A stretch of DNA of 64,000 nt from Alphaproteobacteria bacterium (GCA_965242495.1 OZ251446.1:2751530-2815529), one strand, 5' to 3'. Positions 1 to 14,538 are shown, counted from the first letter of the stretch. The notes: generated from the sequence alone by a model not told the origin. Translations and numbers: made by a program.

Positions 1-98
1 CGATGATCCGGCGCAAGCGTCCCATCCAAATCCACCATCCGCCACTCCAACTGATGACGATCCGGGCGCATGCAGCGAGCACCTCCCACAACCGACAT
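1..98 (-). CDS. IS1182-family transposase, N-terminal fragment (truncated by window edge)
   Basis: Manual minus-strand translation MSVVGGARCMRPDRHQLEWRMVDLDGTLAPDHR resembles the RPDRxQ...DLD...DHxAR start of IS1182 transposases; GAGGGAGG SD upstream; not in the ORF track. Confidence 0.7.
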   Translation of the reverse strand, partial: MSVVGGARCMRPDRHQLEWRMVDLDGTLAPDH

Positions 99-178
99 AA
101 CAACCCTCCCTCACAAACCAACGACCAACCCACAGAATCACGACCCATCCCAAACGCCAAGGGGTTCTTCACACGCTC
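1..178 (-). mobile_element. Left end of an IS1182-family insertion sequence (continues beyond the window start)
   Basis: Terminal sequence GAGCGTGTGAAGAACCCC (minus strand from 178) matches the MITE TIRs at 32724 and 38622; flanked by GAAAGCGGGAATGAC; a transposase start follows on the minus strand. Confidence 0.75.
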
Positions 179-245
179 GAAAGCGGGAATGACGAGAGAG
201 GGGGCCGCGACGGCCTCCCTCGGGCCGTCGCTACAAGCCTCTCCC

Positions 246-346
246 GTCATTCCCACGCGCCCGGGAATTTCGCGCGCTTGGTCGGCTGAACCGACGCCCA
301 CGCGGACGTCTCGGGATTTCTTCACACGCTCGAAAGCGGGAATCCA
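246..346. repeat. dRS3-like palindrome plus solitary IS1182-type terminus
   Basis: ATTCCC-ACGCGCCC-GGGAAT at 249-268; GGGATTTCTTCACACGCTC ends at 331 followed by GAAAGCGGGAATCCA; reverse complement closely matches 58896-58942. Confidence 0.7.
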
Positions 347-370
347 TTCCCCCCCCCCCCCCCCCCCCCC

Positions 371-540
371 CGGAGCCGCCGGCGCCCGGGCAAGCGGCCG
401 ACCAGGGGCGGGTTCTCGCCGAACATGACGGCATGGCTGGCATAGGCGTGGCGAAGATCGTGAAGACGGAGGCCGGGCAAGCCCGCCTCGACGCGGATGC
501 GACTCCAACGGACGTTTCCGCCGGTTCACGCGATGGCGGA
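371..540 (-). pseudogene. Tyrosine recombinase/integrase C-terminal remnant
   Basis: Minus-strand translation WSRIRVEAGLPGLRLHDLRHAYASHAVMFGENPPLVGRLPGRR: HxLRH box intact, LLGH box degenerated to LPGR, truncated at a C23 run before the catalytic Tyr. Confidence 0.75.
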
Positions 541-723
541 CACCCAACCGGAGGGGATCGACGATGCGTCGGCGGTGACGCCCCGGCGGCCGCGGACGAT
601 CTCGTCGATCCGCGCCGGCGTCGCGCCGATCGCCTTCGCCAGTGCGGCGGCGGACAACGCGAAGGGCTCCATGCAGTCGCGCTTTGGAGCCTCGCCCGGA
701 CGGACCGGCTCCAGTCGGGTCAT
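526..723 (-). pseudogene. higA: HigA/VapI-type antitoxin, truncated
   Basis: MTRLEPVRPGEAPKRDCMEPFALSAAALAKAIGATPARIDEIVRGRRGVTAD matches the HigA HTH N-terminus, then runs into integrase DNA; no toxin gene adjacent. Confidence 0.7.
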
Positions 724-788
724 GTCGTCCAGGTCCTCGGGATGCAACGCCGGATCGCGGGCCGCCGGAACAAGGCGCCGGCGCGCGA

Positions 789-1508
789 TCAGAACAGGTC
801 GCCGACGCCGGCGCGGGCCGAGAAATACTCCCAGGCGCGGTTGGTGGAAAGCGGGCCGGTGAAGGTCCGGGTGCAGGCCTCGATCTCGCCCGGGCTCAGA
901 TAGGCGACCTCCCCCAACCGCATCGCGTCCATCTGGAGCCGGGCGTTGACCTGGAGATAGATCGACCGCATCACCGCGTGCCGGATCGTGGCCCCCGAGA
1001 CCGCGCAGCCATGGCCGCGCATCAGCACCACCGAATGGCCGCCGAGCGTGGCCGCGAGATCGCGCCCCTCCTCCATCCGGGTGACCAGCAGGTCGGTGTC
1101 GCCGAACTTGTCGCGGATGTCCCAGACCGGCGCCTCCGCGCCGATCGCCGCCGCGACGTGGGCCACGGGGCGCAACGGCGTGCGCGAGATGGTGAACGGG
1201 ATCACCTCGTAGGCGTGGTTGTGGACGACCGACGTCACGTCGGCGCGCGCCTCGTAGATGCCGCCATGGATGGGGCGCTCGGAATAGAGCGCCCGGTCGC
1301 CGGCGTCGATCGGCTCGCCGTCGAGGGTGAACTCCAGGATGTCGTCGAGCGTCACCAGTGCGGGGCTTCGCGAACGCGCCATGAGATAGCGCCCGGGATC
1401 GCCCGGATGGCGCATGGTGACGTGGCCGTAGGCGTCGACGACGCCCTCGCGGGCGAGGATGCGGTTGGCGACGACTACGTCGCGCCTGGCCCGTTCGAGC
1501 TCGTCCAT
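789..1508 (-). CDS. Class II aldolase/adducin family protein
   Basis: GVVDAYGHV, SERPIHGGIY, VVHNH, LMRGHG metal-binding motifs; start placed at MDELERAR. Confidence 0.85.
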   Translation of the reverse strand: MDELERARRDVVVANRILAREGVVDAYGHVTMRHPGDPGRYLMARSRSPALVTLDDILEFTLDGEPIDAGDRALYSERPIHGGIYEARADVTSVVHNHAYEVIPFTISRTPLRPVAHVAAAIGAEAPVWDIRDKFGDTDLLVTRMEEGRDLAATLGGHSVVLMRGHGCAVSGATIRHAVMRSIYLQVNARLQMDAMRLGEVAYLSPGEIEACTRTFTGPLSTNRAWEYFSARAGVGDLF

Positions 1509-1602
1509 CGCCGTCGCCCTCTCCGTCGCCGCGCGCCCGGCGGCCCGTCCCGCTTCTACCATGGCGGGCCGGGCGCGGGCGAGCCCGCCTCGTCCCGCCG
1601 CC

Positions 1603-6165
<4,563 letters not shown>

Positions 6166-6186
6166 CGTCCGTCTCCCGTCGTCCGC

Positions 6187-7620
6187 CTACGCCGCCGCCG
6201 CGGCCGTCCTGGCGCGCAGATAGCGGTCCATGGCCTCGGCCGCGTCGCGGCCGTCGCGGATCGCCCACACCACCAGCGACGCGCCGCGCGTCACGTCGCC
6301 GGCGGCGAACACGCCGTCGAGGCTGGTCATCATCGTCTTGCGGTCGATGCGGATCGTGCCCCAGCGGGTGACCTCCAGGCCGTCGGCGCCGAGTTCGGTC
6401 GGCAGGTCGCCGGGATCGAAGCCCAGCGCCTTGATCACGAGACCGGCGTCGAGCGCGAAGCTCGACCCCTCGACCGGCTCCGGCGTCTTGCGGCCGGAGG
6501 CGTCGGGAACGCCGAGGCGGAAGCGGCGCGCGCGCACGGCCGAGACCCGCCCGTCGCCCAGGAACGCCTCCGGGGCGGCGAGCCAGACGAAGCGGACGCC
6601 TTCCTCCTCGGCGTAGGCGACCTCGCGCCGCGAGCCCGGCATGTTTTCGCGGTCGCGGCGATAGAGGCAGCTCACCGACGCTGCGCCCTGGCGGACCGCG
6701 GTGCGCACGCAGTCCATCGCGGTGTCGCCGCCGCCGATCACCACCACGTCCTTCCCCCTGGCGTCGAGGCGCCCGGAGTCGAATTCGGGAACCGCATCGC
6801 CCAGCCCCTTGCGGTTGGAGGCGGTCAGGTAGTCGAGGGCCGGCGCAACGTCGTCGAGCCCCGCCCCGGGAACCCGGATGTCGCGCGCTGCATAGACGCC
6901 GGTCGCGATCAGCACCGCGTCGTGGCGGGCGCGGAGCTCCTCCACTCCGGCGTCGCGCCCCAGTTCGAAACCGCGGTGGAAGACGACGCCGCCTTGCTCC
7001 AGCAGCGCCACCCGGCGGCGCACGACCTGCTTCTCCAGCTTGAAGTTGGGAATGCCGTAGACCAGCAGCCCGCCGATCCGGTCGTGGCGGTCGTAGACGT
7101 GGACCTCGTAGCCTTTGCGGCGCAGCTGCTCGGCCGCGGCGAGGCCGGCCGGGCCGCCGCCGACGATCCCGGCCGAGGCGCCCAGCTCGCGCGCCGGCGC
7201 CGGCGGGCGGACCCAGCCCCGGTCCCACGCGGTCTCGGTGACGTAGGTCTCGACCGCGCCGATCGTGACCGTCCCGTGACCCGCCTGCTCAATCACGCAG
7301 TTGCCCTCGCACAACCTGTCCTGGGGGCAGATCCGGCCGCAGATCTCGGGCAGGTTGTTGGTCGCGGCCGACAATTCGTAGGCCTCCTCCAGCCGCCCCT
7401 GGGCGGTCAGCATCAACCAGTCCGGGATGTGGTTGTGGACCGGGCAATGCACTTGGCAGAACGGGATGCCGCATTGCGAACAGCGGCTCGCCTGCTCCGC
7501 CGCGCCCCCGGCGTCGAAGCGGCGGTGGATCTCGGCGAAGTCGCGCCGCCGCAGTTCCGCCCCGCGCTTCTCGGGCGGACGCATCTCCACGTCGACGAAT
7601 TTGAGCATCCGTTCGGCCAT
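6187..7620 (-). CDS. gltD: Glutamate synthase small subunit
   Basis: RCSQCGIPFCQVHCP and CGRICPQDRLCEGNC Fe-S motifs, GGGPAG and GGGDTAMDC; directly upstream of gltB. Confidence 0.97.
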   Translation of the reverse strand: MAERMLKFVDVEMRPPEKRGAELRRRDFAEIHRRFDAGGAAEQASRCSQCGIPFCQVHCPVHNHIPDWLMLTAQGRLEEAYELSAATNNLPEICGRICPQDRLCEGNCVIEQAGHGTVTIGAVETYVTETAWDRGWVRPPAPARELGASAGIVGGGPAGLAAAEQLRRKGYEVHVYDRHDRIGGLLVYGIPNFKLEKQVVRRRVALLEQGGVVFHRGFELGRDAGVEELRARHDAVLIATGVYAARDIRVPGAGLDDVAPALDYLTASNRKGLGDAVPEFDSGRLDARGKDVVVIGGGDTAMDCVRTAVRQGAASVSCLYRRDRENMPGSRREVAYAEEEGVRFVWLAAPEAFLGDGRVSAVRARRFRLGVPDASGRKTPEPVEGSSFALDAGLVIKALGFDPGDLPTELGADGLEVTRWGTIRIDRKTMMTSLDGVFAAGDVTRGASLVVWAIRDGRDAAEAMDRYLRARTAAAAA

Positions 7621-7866
7621 GCGCCATCCTAGCCGCCTCCATCCCGGAAGGCGAAGGAAAAAATCGCGCTTAGGTCAAGATTTCGTACATATCGGACGGA
7701 AAGCGGGCCGCGAAGGCCGGATCGCCGCCGCTCCGCACGAGGCGCAAGGTCAAACCAGTCCCATATCGAGACTAAATGAATCTCCCACCCTGTCGCCGGG
7801 ACGGCGCGGCGTGGGCCGAATCCCCGCTTGGGCCGGCCCCGGGCCTGTTGTATACGCGGCCCCGAC

Positions 7867-8658
7867 ATGGACCCGATGCAGATTCTCGTCCTCGCCGCGA
7901 CGCAGGGCGCCACGGAGTTCCTGCCGGTCAGCTCGTCGGGCCATCTCGCGCTGCTGCCCGCGGTCTTCGGCTGGCCCGACCAGGGGCTGCCGCTCGACGT
8001 GGCGGTCCATTTCGGGACGCTCGGCGCGGTGTGCGCCTATCTGCGGCGCGATCTGCGCCGGGTGCTGCGGGCGCTCGCCTTCCCCGGCGCGCGCGACGCG
8101 GCCGCGCGGCGGCTCGCTTTGCATCTCGCGGTCGCGACCTGCCCGGTGGCGGTCGCGGGGCTCGCGGTCTTCGTCGCCGCCGGCGACGCGCTCCGCGACG
8201 CCGAGGTGATCGCCTGGGCCACGATCGGCTTCGGCCTGCTGCTATACGCCGCCGACCGGGCGGGAGCCGCGGCGCGGCGTCTCGACGGCATGACCGTGTG
8301 GGACGCGGTCGGCATCGGCGTCTGCCAGGTCTTCGCCCTGATCCCGGGGGCGAGCCGCGCCGGCGTCACGATCACCGCGGCGAGGCTGCTGGGCTTCGAC
8401 CGGCGCGAGGCGGCGCGCTTCTCGATGCTGCTCTCGATCCCGACCGTGCTGGCGGCCGCGGCCCTGGCCGCGACCGGGCTCGCCCGCGCCGACGCGGCCG
8501 CGTGGCGAGACGCGGCGCTCGCCGCGGCGCTCGCCTTCGCCGCCGCCCTGGTCGCCATCGCCCTGCTGATGAAGTGGCTGCGCCGGTCGGGCTTCGCCCC
8601 CTTCGTCGTCTGGCGCCTGGTCCTCGGCGCGGCGCTCCTGGCCTGGCTGCATCTGTGA
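7867..8658 (+). CDS. uppP: Undecaprenyl-diphosphate phosphatase
   Basis: QGATEFLPVSSSGHL and ALIPGASRAGVTI motifs; hydrophobic. Confidence 0.95.
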   Translation: MDPMQILVLAATQGATEFLPVSSSGHLALLPAVFGWPDQGLPLDVAVHFGTLGAVCAYLRRDLRRVLRALAFPGARDAAARRLALHLAVATCPVAVAGLAVFVAAGDALRDAEVIAWATIGFGLLLYAADRAGAAARRLDGMTVWDAVGIGVCQVFALIPGASRAGVTITAARLLGFDRREAARFSMLLSIPTVLAAAALAATGLARADAAAWRDAALAAALAFAAALVAIALLMKWLRRSGFAPFVVWRLVLGAALLAWLHL

Positions 8659-8728
8659 CCCGGCGGCGGCCATGCTATGCTGTCCTGCCGCCGGGAGGGC
8701 GGGACGCGCGCAGGAGGGCGGCGAGGCC

Positions 8729-10372
8729 ATGACCGGGAATGCGACCTTCGACTACATCGTCATCGGCGCCGGGTCGGCCGGCTGCGTGCTGGCCAACCGC
8801 CTGACCGAGGACGGCGACGCCAGCGTCCTGCTGCTCGAAGCCGGGGGGTGGGACCGCGACCCGATGATTCGCATCCCGCTCGGCTGGGGCAAGATCCTGG
8901 AGCAGCGGCGGCACGACTGGGGCTACTTCACCGAGCCCGAGCCCCGCCTCGAAGACCGCCGCATCGAGACCGCGCGCGGCAAGGTGATCGGCGGCTCGTC
9001 GTCGATCAACGCCATGGCCTATGTGCGCGGCAACCGCGCCGACTACGACCGCTGGCGCCAGATGGGGCTCGCCGGCTGGTCGCATGACGACGTGCTGCCC
9101 TATTTCAAGCGCTCCGAAGCCTGGGAGGGCGGGGCGGACGAGCATCGGGGCGACGGCGGCCCGCTCAGGAGCCGCCTGTCGATCTACCGCGACCCGCTGG
9201 TCGAGGCCTATCTGGAGGCCGCCCGGACCGCGGGCTACCCCGTCGTCGCCGACTACAACGGCGCCAGCCAGGAAGGCTTCGCCCGCATCCAGCAGACCAT
9301 CGGCGACGGCCGCCGCTGGAGCGCCGCGGTCGCCTATCTGCGCCCGGCGCTGCGCCGCCCCAATCTCCGCGTCGAGACCGGGGCGCTGACCTCGCGCATC
9401 GCCGTCGAGGGCGGGCGCGCCGCGGGCGTCGAATACCTGCGCGGCGGGCGCCGGCTCGAGGCGCGCGCCGAGCGCGAGGTGATCGTCTCGGGCGGAACCA
9501 TCAACTCGCCGCAGATCCTGATGCTGTCCGGCATCGGCGACGCCGCCCATCTCGAATCCGTCGGCGTCGAGCCGGTGGTCGACCGCCCGCAGGTGGGCGA
9601 GAACCTCCAGGACCACCTGTCGGCGATCGTCGAATACGAACGCCCCGCGCCGGGGCCGTTCCGGGACCGGATGCGGATCGACCGGCTGGGCGCCGACATG
9701 GCGCGGGCCTGGCTGTTCGGGCGCGGGCCGGCGACGGACCTGCCGGGCGCCTTCCTGGCCTTCCTCAAGACCCGGCCCGGGCTGGAGACGCCGGACGTCC
9801 AGTTCCTGTTCCGCCTGCTGCCGGGCGCGACCTGGCCTTGGTGCCCCGGCGTCCGCCGGCCCTGGCGCGACGGCTTCGCCTGCCGCCCGGTCCTGCTGCG
9901 CCCCGAAAGCCGCGGCGCCGTCCGGCTGGCCTCGAAGGACCCCGCCGCCCCGGTCCGCATCCGGCAGAACTTCCTCGACAGCGAGAACGACAAGCGCACG
10001 CTGCGCGACGGCTTCCGCATCGCCCGCGAGATCGCCCTCCAGCCCGCGCTCGACCGCTTCCGCGGCGCCGAGACCTCGCCCGGCGCCGAGGTCCGCAGCG
10101 ACGAGGAGATCGACGCCCATATCCGCGCCACCTCCGCCACCGCGCACCACCCGGCCGGCACCTGCCGGATGGGCATCGACCGCGACGCCGTCGTCGATGC
10201 CGAGCTCAAGGTCGTCGGCGTGGACCGGCTGCGGGTGGTGGACGCCTCGGTGATGCCCGACCTGGTGGGCGGCAACATCAACGCGCCCGTCATCATGATC
10301 GCCGAACGCGCCTCGGACCTGATCCGCGGGCGGCGGCCGCTCGCCCCCGCCGGGGCCGGAGAGGCCGCATGA
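8729..10372 (+). CDS. GMC oxidoreductase (choline dehydrogenase-like)
   Basis: FDYIVIGAGSAGCVLANRL, GKVIGGSSSINAM, HPAGTCRMG, LRVVDASVMP. Confidence 0.92.
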   Translation: MTGNATFDYIVIGAGSAGCVLANRLTEDGDASVLLLEAGGWDRDPMIRIPLGWGKILEQRRHDWGYFTEPEPRLEDRRIETARGKVIGGSSSINAMAYVRGNRADYDRWRQMGLAGWSHDDVLPYFKRSEAWEGGADEHRGDGGPLRSRLSIYRDPLVEAYLEAARTAGYPVVADYNGASQEGFARIQQTIGDGRRWSAAVAYLRPALRRPNLRVETGALTSRIAVEGGRAAGVEYLRGGRRLEARAEREVIVSGGTINSPQILMLSGIGDAAHLESVGVEPVVDRPQVGENLQDHLSAIVEYERPAPGPFRDRMRIDRLGADMARAWLFGRGPATDLPGAFLAFLKTRPGLETPDVQFLFRLLPGATWPWCPGVRRPWRDGFACRPVLLRPESRGAVRLASKDPAAPVRIRQNFLDSENDKRTLRDGFRIAREIALQPALDRFRGAETSPGAEVRSDEEIDAHIRATSATAHHPAGTCRMGIDRDAVVDAELKVVGVDRLRVVDASVMPDLVGGNINAPVIMIAERASDLIRGRRPLAPAGAGEAA

Positions 10373-12309
10373 CGGAAGCGGACGCCGCCGCCGCTGCTGA
10401 CGCCGCCGCCGCGGCGGCCTGGCGCGCGGCCCATGCGCGGTCGCTTCGCGACCCGGAGGAGTTCTGGGCCGAGGCCGCCGAGCAGGTCCATTGGCATCGG
10501 CGCTGGGACCGGGTGCTCGACGACTCCGACCCGCCCTTCTACCGCTGGTTCCGGGGCGGCGTCGTCAACAGCTGCTACAATGCGCTCGACCGGCACGTCG
10601 AGAACGGACGCCGGCGTCAGACGGCGCTGATCTACGACAGCCCGGTCACCGGGACGGTCGCGACCTACAGCTACGGGGAGCTGCTGGACCTCGTCTCGCG
10701 CTGCGCCGGCGCCCTCGCCGCCCTCGGCGTGGGCAAGGGCGACCGCGTCGTCGTCTACATGCCGATGGCGCCGGAGGCCGTGGTGGCGATGCTCGCCTGC
10801 GCGCGGCTGGGGGCGGTGCATTCGGTGGTGTTCGGCGGCTTCGCCGCCAACGAGCTCGCCGCCCGCATCGACGACTGCAAACCCAAGGTCGTGGTCGCCG
10901 GCTCCTGCGGCATCGAGCCCGGCGGGATCGTCGCCTACAAGCCGCTGCTCGACCGGGCGATCGAACTCGCCGCGCACGCGCCCGACCGCTGCATCGTCCT
11001 GCAACGCGAGGCCGGGCGCGCGGCGATGATCCCCGGCCGCGACGTCGATTGGGGCGACGCCCTGGCCGCCGCGTCCCCGCATGACTGCGTGCCGGTGGCG
11101 GCGACCGATCCGCTCTACGTCATCTACACGTCGGGCACCACCGGGCGGCCCAAGGGGATCGTCCGCGACAACGGCGGCCATCTGGTCGCGCTGCGGTGGT
11201 CGATGCCCAACGTCTACGGCGTCGAACCCGGCGAGGTCTTCTGGGCCGCGTCCGACGTGGGCTGGGTGGTGGGCCACTCCTACATCGTCTACGCGCCGCT
11301 GTTCAACGGCTCGACCTCGGTCCTGTTCGAGGGCAAGCCGGTCGGGACGCCGGACGCGGGCGTCTATTGGCGGGTCATCGCGCAGCACGGCGTCAAGGCG
11401 CTGTTCACCGCGCCCACCGCCTTCCGCGCCATCAAGCGCGAGGACCCGGACGGGCTGCTGATCGGGGGATACGACCTGACGCGGTTCGAGACCCTGTTCC
11501 TCGCCGGGGAGCGGGCCGATCCCGACACGGTGAAATGGGCCGAGACGCGGCTCGGCGTGCCGGTGATCGACCATTGGTGGCAGACCGAGACCGGCTGGGC
11601 GATCGCCGCCAACTGCGTCGGGCTGGGCCGGCTGCCGGTCAAGCGCGGTTCGCCCACCCGGCCGGCGCCGGGATGGGACCTGCGGGCGCTCGACGACGCC
11701 GGCCGCGAACTGCCGCCGGGCGAGATCGGCGCCCTTGCGGCTCGGCTGCCGATGCCGCCCGGCTGCCTGACCACCCTGTGGAACGCCGACGACCGCTTCC
11801 GGGAGGCCTATTTCGACGACTATCCCGGCTACTACAAGACCGCCGACGCCGGCTATATCGACGAGGACGGCTACGTCTGGGTGATGTCGCGCACCGACGA
11901 CGTCATCAACGTCGCCGGGCACCGCCTGTCCACGGGGGCGATGGAGGAGGTGCTGGCGGCGCATCCCGACGTGGCCGAATGCGCGGTCGTCGGGGCGGCG
12001 GACCGGATCAAGGGCCAGACGCCGCTGGGCTTCCTGGTGCTCAAGGCGGGGGCGGGGCGGACGGACGCCGAGGTCGTGGACGAGGTCGTCCGCATGGTGC
12101 GCGACGACATCGGGCCGGTGGCCGCGTTCAAGACCGCGACCGTCGTCAAGCGGCTGCCCAAGACCCGTTCGGGCAAGATCCTGCGCGGCGCGATGCGCCG
12201 AATCGCCGACGGCGAGGACTGGTCGACGCCGGCGACGATCGACGACCCCGCCATCCTCGACGAGATCGCCGCGGCGCTGCGCGCGATCGGCTACGCCGGA
12301 ACGGGCTGA
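10369..12309 (+). CDS. prpE: Propionyl-CoA synthetase
   Basis: YTSGTTGRPKG AMP-binding motif, DHWWQTETG, LPKTRSGKILR; ATGA overlap with the GMC gene. Confidence 0.88.
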   Translation: MTEADAAAAADAAAAAAWRAAHARSLRDPEEFWAEAAEQVHWHRRWDRVLDDSDPPFYRWFRGGVVNSCYNALDRHVENGRRRQTALIYDSPVTGTVATYSYGELLDLVSRCAGALAALGVGKGDRVVVYMPMAPEAVVAMLACARLGAVHSVVFGGFAANELAARIDDCKPKVVVAGSCGIEPGGIVAYKPLLDRAIELAAHAPDRCIVLQREAGRAAMIPGRDVDWGDALAAASPHDCVPVAATDPLYVIYTSGTTGRPKGIVRDNGGHLVALRWSMPNVYGVEPGEVFWAASDVGWVVGHSYIVYAPLFNGSTSVLFEGKPVGTPDAGVYWRVIAQHGVKALFTAPTAFRAIKREDPDGLLIGGYDLTRFETLFLAGERADPDTVKWAETRLGVPVIDHWWQTETGWAIAANCVGLGRLPVKRGSPTRPAPGWDLRALDDAGRELPPGEIGALAARLPMPPGCLTTLWNADDRFREAYFDDYPGYYKTADAGYIDEDGYVWVMSRTDDVINVAGHRLSTGAMEEVLAAHPDVAECAVVGAADRIKGQTPLGFLVLKAGAGRTDAEVVDEVVRMVRDDIGPVAAFKTATVVKRLPKTRSGKILRGAMRRIADGEDWSTPATIDDPAILDEIAAALRAIGYAGTG

Positions 12310-12341
12310 ACGCCGGGGAGCGGCCGGATCGGCCCGAGAAA

Positions 12342-12426
12342 GGCCGTCGGCTCGAGGCGGATACGCCGACGATTCGTCGTTCCCCCGCTTCCGCGGGGGC
12401 AGGCTCCGCGGAAGCGGGGGAACGAC
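12342..12426. repeat. REP-like composite: conserved linker plus perfect 21-bp inverted repeat
   Basis: GTCGTTCCCCCGCTTCCGCGG-N9-CCGCGGAAGCGGGGGAACGAC at 12376-12426; linker GGCC(G/A)T(C/T)GGCTCGAGGCGGATACGCC recurs at 32675 and 58961. Confidence 0.75.
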
Positions 12427-12537
12427 GGGAGGGGGCCGTAGCGCCGGCCCGTATTTCTCATTCCGCTCGCCCGCAAGCCTCGTCCGGCGGCGTCCTCGTC
12501 CCTGGACGATTCTCATGAAAAAAACGCTTGCAGTCCC

Positions 12538-12564
12538 TTGACCCCCCCCCCCCCCGCGTATGGT
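12538..12564 (+). promoter_or_regulatory. Sigma70-like promoter with C14 tract in the spacer
   Basis: TTGACC (12538) - poly-C (12542-12555) - GCG - TATGGT (12559); 15-bp spacer. Confidence 0.65.
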
Positions 12565-12637
12565 AGCCGTGAGCCGACTTCGGACGGGGCATCGCATTTC
12601 GGATTGAAATGCGATGCCCCTGGGAAAGGAAAACGTG

Positions 12638-14122
12638 ATGAACACGAGAAGCACTGCGCGATTCACCGGCTTGGCCTTGACCATGGCCGCCGCCCTGGCG
12701 ACGTCCGGGTGCGGCGGCGGCAGCTCCAAACCCCCGATGCCAATGGAGCCAACGCAATTGCCTTTCCGCTCGATCGACTCTGCGGTGACAAGCAACGACC
12801 AACGACAGGGCATCCGGGCCGCGGCCGTGGAGGCGGCCGGAAACGCGCCCAACGGGGGGGTCTTCAGGAGCGTCACGCAATCCTCGACCGCCGGCGACAG
12901 TGTTCGGGTGGCGCGCTTGGTGCGCCGCGCGGACGGGGCGATAAACTGGGGGGTGGGGAAGGCCGGCGGATGGTCGGTCGACGGGGACAATGCCCGGGTG
13001 CTGGCGGAACCGCGCGGAGAGGGCTGGAGGGGCATCCAGTTCCATCAGGCGCCGGGCGGCGGCAAAGGCAGCGGAACGGGTCCGGGACTGTACGTCAACG
13101 TCTACACCGACATCGAGGTGCCGACGACCAGACCGGCGCTGGTACCCGCGGCGCTGGCGCCGGCGGACCATCCCGAGGGATGTGGAGTCGGCGGCACCGT
13201 GTCGGCCGGTCATTCCTGCACGTACGAAGCCAACGGCCAGACGTTCACTCTGCGAATGGACGGCAACAGCGTTTGCTTCGCGTTCGGATGCGCTGGGGGG
13301 AACCAACGTATCATCGACAGCACTTTCAATGGTGTGCGGGTCACTCTCGTGACCGAGGGAAGCGGCGCGAGTCGGACAATCGCCCAGCTCGGTGGTGATC
13401 TCGCCGCGCCCGCCGCGGCGGGGCCGCCGCCCGCCGACGCGCCGGCGCCGCAGCCGCCCGACGACATGCCGGCGCCGCCCGACGCCAGGGAGCCGGCGCC
13501 GCCGATGCCCGTCTTTGACCCCGACCTTGCTGGGCAGGACGCCGACTATCTGGCCGGCGGCATCTGGGTGCGGGTCCCGGAGGGCGCCGCCAGCGTGGCC
13601 GACTACGAGTTCGGCGCCTTCATGGACGGCGGCGACCCCTTCGTGCAGGACAATCTGGCGGGCCTGACGGGCAGGGCGACGTACACGGGCGAAGCGAGCG
13701 CGGTGTACTCCTATCAGCCGACGAACCGGAACTACTTCGTCGACGGCGTGGTGAGACTGACGGCCGACTTCGGCGACGCCGACAGCCTGGGAAGCATCCG
13801 CGGAGCCATCACCGACATCACGGGAGAAGGGCCGGAGCGGGGCTGGTACGAGGGAGGCAGCGTGGTGCTGGGGACCGCGCAAATCGGAAGCGCCGACAGC
13901 GGCTTCTTCACCGGCGACACCTCCACCCGGAGTAGCGACCCCGACGACCCCGTGCTTACCGGCAAGTGGGGCGGCCGGTTCTACGGCAACGGGGCCGCGG
14001 GCGCCCATCCCGGCTCCGTCGCCGGCACGTTCGGCGGAGCGACCGCCGACGGCAGCCAATCCTACGTCGGCATATACGGCGCATTCCGGGGGGAGGATCA
14101 GGAGCCGCCGCAGCCGCGGTAA
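12638..14122 (+). CDS. TbpB-like surface lipoprotein 1 (probable Slam substrate)
   Basis: Lipobox LATSG-C-GGGSS; C-terminal GRATYTGEA...LTADFG...GKWGGRFYGNG...GSVAGTFG...GIYGA barrel motifs; AAGGA SD. Confidence 0.8.
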   Translation: MNTRSTARFTGLALTMAAALATSGCGGGSSKPPMPMEPTQLPFRSIDSAVTSNDQRQGIRAAAVEAAGNAPNGGVFRSVTQSSTAGDSVRVARLVRRADGAINWGVGKAGGWSVDGDNARVLAEPRGEGWRGIQFHQAPGGGKGSGTGPGLYVNVYTDIEVPTTRPALVPAALAPADHPEGCGVGGTVSAGHSCTYEANGQTFTLRMDGNSVCFAFGCAGGNQRIIDSTFNGVRVTLVTEGSGASRTIAQLGGDLAAPAAAGPPPADAPAPQPPDDMPAPPDAREPAPPMPVFDPDLAGQDADYLAGGIWVRVPEGAASVADYEFGAFMDGGDPFVQDNLAGLTGRATYTGEASAVYSYQPTNRNYFVDGVVRLTADFGDADSLGSIRGAITDITGEGPERGWYEGGSVVLGTAQIGSADSGFFTGDTSTRSSDPDDPVLTGKWGGRFYGNGAAGAHPGSVAGTFGGATADGSQSYVGIYGAFRGEDQEPPQPR

Positions 14123-14146
14123 CGCGCGGCCCGACCGCGCCGGCCC

Positions 14147-14373
14147 GTCCTGGTTCAGATACATGCGAGACACGGCCCATCGGGTCGGTCGGTATCCGGC
14201 CTCGCCATGGCCGGAAGCCTGCTTACGGTCATGGTTGCCCTCGGCCGTTGGGAGCGGTGGGTCACCCGAAGGGCCGGAGCGGAGCGGAGGAGCCGCGAAG
14301 CGGCTTGACGCGCCGCTCCCAACGGCCCACGCGGTGTCTCATATGTGGTGTCTCATATGTATTGAACGAGGAC
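14147..14373. mobile_element. Non-autonomous element with IS481-like terminal inverted repeats
   Basis: Left GTCCTGGTTCAGATACATGCGAGACAC and right GTGTCTCATATGTATTGAACGAGGAC are inverted repeats resembling the ends of the IS at 55562-56702; GGCCC on both flanks; internal 15-bp IR. Confidence 0.6.
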
Positions 14374-14379
14374 GGCCCC

Positions 14380-14407
14380 TTGACCCCCCCCTCCCCGTGT
14401 GCATGGT
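14380..14407 (+). promoter_or_regulatory. Paralogous promoter with interrupted C8TC4 spacer tract
   Basis: TTGACC-CCCCCCTCCCCGTGTG-CATGGT, then AGCCATGAGCCGACTTCGGA nearly as after the 12538 promoter; 16-bp spacer. Confidence 0.6.
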
Positions 14408-14538
14408 AGCCATGAGCCGACTTCGGAACGGGAGCGCCAACCACCGTACGAGCGATGCCGCGAAACGCTCACGTCCCGAAAATCATGAACATGGCGTCCG
14501 GAGGCGGACTCTCAAACGCAGGCATGAGGAGAAACGCG

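Noticed and set aside
349-371. C23 run (and G13 at 32642-32654) as phase-variable switches
   Set aside because: Not within a gene or a promoter spacer; adjacent to REP elements and lengths may be sequencing artefacts
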